Of a stretch of 64,000 bases of DNA, positions 58,662 through 64,000 are shown one piece after another. The stretch is taken from the NCBI GenBank assembly GCA_017654855.1, contig CM030332.1, positions 7,812,001 to 7,876,000 of the forward strand. The letters are read 5' to 3'. The stretch comes from Podospora anserina (lineage: Eukaryota). The position numbers and the translations under genes are program-made. The notes under the pieces are model-generated. The model searched no databases. It had not been told where the DNA came from and saw nothing but the letters and a program-made list of their open reading frames with translations. Positions within the stretch are counted from its first letter, which is position 1; every line of letters starts with the position of its first letter.

Positions 58662-61050
58662 CGATGTGGAGGGCGGAGAGGATGACACGAATCTCAACGA
58701 CAAGAACCAGGCGCCTATACAGGACAAAGATATTGGAGAGAGTCGCACGCTTCCCAGGAACATGCCCAAACAACGTTCCAAGAAGCCCACGACCAAGACG
58801 CCCTTCACAAATGCAGCCCCTGCCACGAAACAAGCGAAATCATCGAAGAGCACAAGGAACAGCAAAACAAAAAAGGCCCAGGACACTGGCTCTAAACTCC
58901 CAGTCGAAGATGAAAGAGCACCCGAGGGTCTTGGACTTAATATGCCACCTGAAGGGCCAAGGGCACAGTTGCGTATCCAACCACACCAGAAGCGTGGCCT
59001 GCTTGTGTCTAATGAGAAAGGAAACAAGTCCAAAAAGCCCAAAGTACGCCATGCTCAATCCCATGCCGAGTTGGAATACGATGGAGAGCCTTTTGTTCCA
59101 AATCCAGCGCCTATGACCATGTCAGAGGAGGACGGTCCGTTTGCGTCCTTTGTCGATGCTCCACAAGAGGCACAGACAGTCCCCAAGCCCAAAACACCGT
59201 CTCTCCTGCAAGATGTACATAGCTTGGGAGCCAGACACGAGAGCCTGGCAAATTCTCAGGCCAGTAATGAGGATCAGCCATCAAACATTCGGGCCAATGA
59301 TGACCCATCTCTGGACTCTAACAAGACTTTCTCCGTTCCTCCCCCTGCCGCTTCAAAAACCAATATGATGGGGGCCAATGACGAAGGCACTGCAGGCCTT
59401 TACGGCGCTGAGCGCTCAAGAAAGAGATCACCAGGTCAGCAAAGGACGGTCGATTTGGTCAAAGATACCACCCAGGATCGAGGGAGCACCGTTCAACCTC
59501 TGGAGTTGCCGCGAGCCCCGACAGGACCGATCGCTGAACCGCAAACCAGCCCCAGGTATCTGCAAGGCAAAATGACAGATGAAGAGGACGCCAGCGAGAG
59601 GCCTCGAGCTCGTCTACCCAGGAAAAAGGTGACATTGGCACTGGATGAAAGTGACAATGACAGCCTGCCAACTCGCAAAACCAAGAAGCGAATGACAATG
59701 GCATTAGACGAAAGCGATGATGAAAGGCCAGCAAGCTGCCAGAGCACCAGCCGAGATATATCGGTATCAGAAGAGAGTGCGGGTGAGAAGAGGCCAATGC
59801 GCCGCAGTAACAGACGCACAGCGAAAGCATTTGTTGGAAGCGATGATGAACGCCCGCCTACACGTCAGACCAGGAGCAACACAACAGTAGCAGTTTCGGA
59901 AGAAAGCGACAGCGAGGAGCTTCCCCAAGTCCCTGTGGCTCCAAGGCTAGCCAGACTCAGGAAGAGTGTCAAAAGCAGGGAAATCATTGGCTTCATACCG
60001 TCGAGTTCCCCCGTCATGGAGGTGGCTACCGTAGCAGAGCCTCGGCCAGCCCCTATTCCGACTTCTTTGCCAGCTCCTACCCCAGCTCCTCTGCCCTCTT
60101 CTTTGCCACCTCTTTCCCTAATTCCCGGTTTGATGGACACACCCCCAGGTCTAGAGGCCAACGACATGAGCTCTCCGGGCTATTCCAATGGCCCGAAGGC
60201 TCCCGCGCCAGGAACAGGCATCCCCAAACCAGAGCCCGTGACTGTGCCAGTCGTACAAAGTCTACAAACCAGCAGGGTGTTGCCCCCTTTGCCCGCCTTC
60301 GAGTCAACAACAGACGTACCTTCGGCTGTTCGGCGGGACAACTTACAACCTACCATCACAAGCCGGGAAACACCGGTCAAGGAGTCTGCCCAAGCTCCCA
60401 CGCCAGCCCACCTCGAACAATCTATCTGCGATTTCCTGAGTGGCGAGCCCCCGCACCACCACCTCGCTTCTGCTCCGGGGGCAGATAAGGCTGGGCAGTC
60501 TGCAGTTGCTCATCAGCTGACCATGCCATCGCTCGACACGAGCTCGACTTCTGTATCGATGCGACCAGTTTCTGCCAAGGGACCGAATTTGATTGCAGAA
60601 GAAGCGGAGGGTGTCTCAAGGTCACACGAAGCCGTCAGTCATCAAGAGGTGCATGAGAACCCAATTGCCGTCCCGCGGGATGTTGGGGTTTCTCTGGTTG
60701 CATCAAATAACCCCAACGGTCAAGCACCGCAGGTTCCACCTGCTGCTCCTACTAGACCGAAAATCGCGAACCCGGCCACTCGCGGCCGTAAGGCTGCCCT
60801 CAAATCACACGCTGCTGGTCAAGTTCCCCAATCTATTCTACCGTTGGAACCCGCCCCTGTACGGCTGACTGTGCGGCCACCTGAGACAGCACGGCCCGGA
60901 GCAGCCGCTGGCGGGCGCCCTAGATATAAGATGCAGCTACCGGGCTTTACCTCGGCGAAGGAGACAGCAAAGGACTCTGGGGTGGATGTCGGGCCTTGGA
61001 GCAGGGAGGCCCATGACCTCTTCGGGAGTGGCCGACCTTCTGAGGCTTAG
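57301..61050 (+). CDS. DUF2439 (ZGRF1/Mte1/Dbl2 N-terminal-like) protein with long disordered C-terminus; probable DNA-repair factor
   Basis: EFLCLFTHDLQRKQKRWQDGRLKYHTFNKRVMVYDDRGNSVGD is the DUF2439 signature. ATG at 57301 is preferred over the TTG start at 57100. Confidence 0.85.
58630..58659 (+). repeat. (GAT)10 coding microsatellite (poly-Asp)
   Basis: Directly visible. Confidence 0.95.
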
Positions 61051-62376
61051 GTTGCTGGTTTGCATACTAGGTCTATATTGAGGCTCATGGAGTGTGCAGT
61101 GTATGGTTCTTAGAGTAAGCAGGCCGGCCGGTTGATGTTGAATGGATTCAGGGACGCCAAACCCTGCGGGCGGATGGAGGCCATATTAAGAGTCAAGTCG
61201 TTGTACTGTTTGCTCTGGGTACATGCTCACCGTGGCGCCGCTGCGTTCAATTTGCTGGTCTGATTCGGAGCTTTAGTACTACGTACGAACTTATGTCGAG
61301 ATGAAGTATTTATCAACAAAGCATGGGCGCATCTTTGCACCACACTGAGCTCAAATGCTGTACACAAACCACCACTGTATCCTGCCGCTGGGATATGCAC
61401 TTCACCTCCTACCCGTTGGAGCCGGCAGACAGACACGAGAAAATATACATCCGGTTACCAAATCTTGGGTAGGTAGTTGTACACAAGGTGAATCATCGCA
61501 CCACGCTCGGGTAATAACTGCCACTACCAGGCACCACGCAAGGGGACCAGTCAACCAGACGGGCGGTAATGCGCATCCCGGTTGCCTAGGGCCTGCTGTA
61601 CAACACTGTAGTCCATCGAGTCAAAAGTCATCACGGTACATCTTTCAGCTCGCAGAGGCAAGGCTATTTTGGATGCTTCATGATCCATCCAATCAGAGCG
61701 GCAGCTCCCCAAACCAGCAGTTCATGTTTTTCGGCTACGATTCCCTCATCCGGGCCTTTCGACCGGACTAGCTGGGCCGACAAAGGCATGGATACCAGGT
61801 AAGGAGGCTATGGTGAGAGGAGGACGGCCGAAGCAGTATATTTGCCATCTACATCCATCTGCATGGGAAAGGCCCGTATGCCCTCCGACCTAGTCAAAAC
61901 ATACCTTTTCCATTGGATCAGATATATGGGGACTTTCTCGACACGCCGGCAGGAATCCCCACCCAACAATGTCACACAAGGGCCTCAGAGATCGGTTCCT
62001 CACTTTCTTTCCTACCCACTCAGTCCCCGGCAGTGCCTCGTGGTCACTCTTTGTGGGAATTTGCTCGGACTAACCAATGGACCACCCGGGCCTGTAACTC
62101 CTCCAAAACAGAACCCCGAGAGTTCTCCCCAACCGGATGCCGTCCCGTCTAGTTTCCATATTGCCATCCACATGACTCAGCCGCATGTGGCATCGAACGC
62201 ACAATACGACGCGGATGAGGTGGGAGAGGGGGCTGTTCAGCAAACCCTTTCTGCCCCTTGCCAAGGAAGAGAGACAAGAGAAAGACACGAACAGTATGGC
62301 ATCTTTGCACTTGTGCCACGCCCTCACTGTCACCAGCTTGTCTCGTTGTAAAAGGTCGAGTGACCATGATTCCACA

Positions 62377-62408
62377 CACCACCACCACCACCACCACCAC
62401 CACCACCA
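62377..62408. repeat. (CAC)n microsatellite
   Basis: About 10 units; intergenic. Confidence 0.9.
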
Positions 62409-64000
62409 AGCATCACAACCGGCGGCAGCTCACTTACAGACACGTTGCTGGCCGTTTTCTAGACCGGATCCACTCGCCCAAGGCACGTCTTGGAGGGAGA
62501 ATAGAACCTGGGAGACTACTACGACAATGTACAACGGTATACGTATATACCTAGACACGTATACTTTACACGACCGCAAGGCCCAACCCAACTACGGTAC
62601 TCGCCTATTCTCATACACCTTTTCCTTGGGTATGATAGGTAGCTGATCACCCATCAGCCGCACCTCAACAATTGGAGAAGGAAAGACATACGATCTAACC
62701 AGTTTCCAGTTTTTGGTAGGCGTTCTCTTGGGCCTTCCTTCCTCCCCCCCCCCCAACACACACGCACACCCACAACTGGACGATGGCCACCTGCGAGCCA
62801 AGACAAAGCTCGTACAAAAATACAACATCAAAAGTTCAATTGGAGATTCTCATTGGGGCACGCAAAAAAAAAAAAAAAAAAGACCCGGATGGGAGGGCCG
62901 GACGGGGGCTGGGGGCCCAATGAGAAATTGGAAACAACGAGGGAGAGCTTATGAAAGATTTCCATATTTTATTACAACCCGGAAAAATAAGGCCGAGCGA
63001 ATGAGGTTGTAAAATGGGCAAGGTGGTACAAGGCACAGACAGAGGGGTGGGGGTTTAGACAAAACAAAAACGGCCGAAAAGATATCTTTTCTTATGCATG
63101 CTGGGGAATTGCGGATGGGATGGGGGTAGGGGGGAGGATAGGCAACGCGTGGTGGTTTGGTAGCAGATGCGAGGGGATGACGAAGCAAAGTGACGGGAGA
63201 GATGGGTGTGAGAGATGGGATGAACCAGACAGAACCAAGAACTTGTTTGACGCACGTCGGGATCAAAATCTCTCTCTCAAACTACCTTGTAGGGCTGAAT
63301 AGAAAGATGAGACCTGGTGAGTGGAGTGGTTCCACAGAATGGAAGTGTGGAACAGGGAAGAGGGAAAGCATCAGCGCTAAGCCGTGTGGGGATTAGAAGA
63401 TGGTTGATGACTTCGTAGAAGGGCAGTTGGATCACAAGATGTTTGGGGATGGGAGTCGATTCGATCGGGCGAGAGGAACGGGGGGATGTGATGGGATTAC
63501 AAAGACTTACGATCGTGGGCTATTACTAGAGTATCAGAAAATGGATGCGGTCATCGTAGCATTCATTCTGAGAGGGAAAAACGTCGGGGAGCGAGCTGTG
63601 CGATGGTTGAACGAGAGAGTTGGAAGTTGAATGGAAATTCCATTTGAGTTTAGCGTTCCCGAACGCCACTTGGTTGTCGGCCGCCAGTGGACACAATGGA
63701 CAGCAGCCTCGCCTTAGTGCAAAAACATGGCTGTCTACGCCTCTCCTAATTGCATTAGCCCAGTAGCACACTTACACAGCACGAACAAAGTGCGGGGGCA
63801 TCTCCCCCCATCTCCAGCTCCTCCTCACCACTCGTCAATTCCCGTCATTTTGCCCGGCTCTTCGTGGTGCGCGAACTACTCCCCACACAGAGCAGCCCGA
63901 AACACTCGTCCGCAACACCCAAAGAAGCACTTTCCATTGCGGCCCTGTCTGGCGGTGAGGAAGAAAGCCGTCGTACGCTCTCACGGCTCCCTCCTCCACG

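Overview
Eukaryotic DNA from a filamentous ascomycete. GT..CTRAC..AG introns of 50-200 nt, gene content and style suggest Sordariales, probably Podospora-like (inference; the species cannot be fixed from sequence alone). About 20 protein-coding genes were reconstructed by hand across introns. In order: prp21/SF3A1 (5' end only), pmt1, a DUF6590 protein, a single-pass membrane protein with a Q/G/Y-rich tail, an intracellular GH43 xylosidase, a class-3 lipase, gna1, a hidden 64-aa spliced microprotein directly upstream of ayg1, ayg1, a tight SDR + Zn-polyol dehydrogenase + aldo-keto reductase trio, sed5, two very large disordered proteins, a CCDC97-like gene, a C2H2 protein, sec2, a BAR-SH3 gene and a DUF2439 gene. 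Non-coding items are an aberrant tRNA-like Pol III element, a small degenerate TIR (MITE-like) element and several microsatellites. The best leads are: (1) the microprotein-ayg1 arrangement, which looks bicistronic or uORF-like; (2) the three-oxidoreductase cluster, which looks like a sugar-acid C5-epimerisation pathway possibly co-regulated with the GH43 gene through XlnR-type sites; (3) the tRNA-like element with intact A/B boxes but remodelled acceptor and anticodon arms. No CRISPR array, rRNA or intact transposase is visible.
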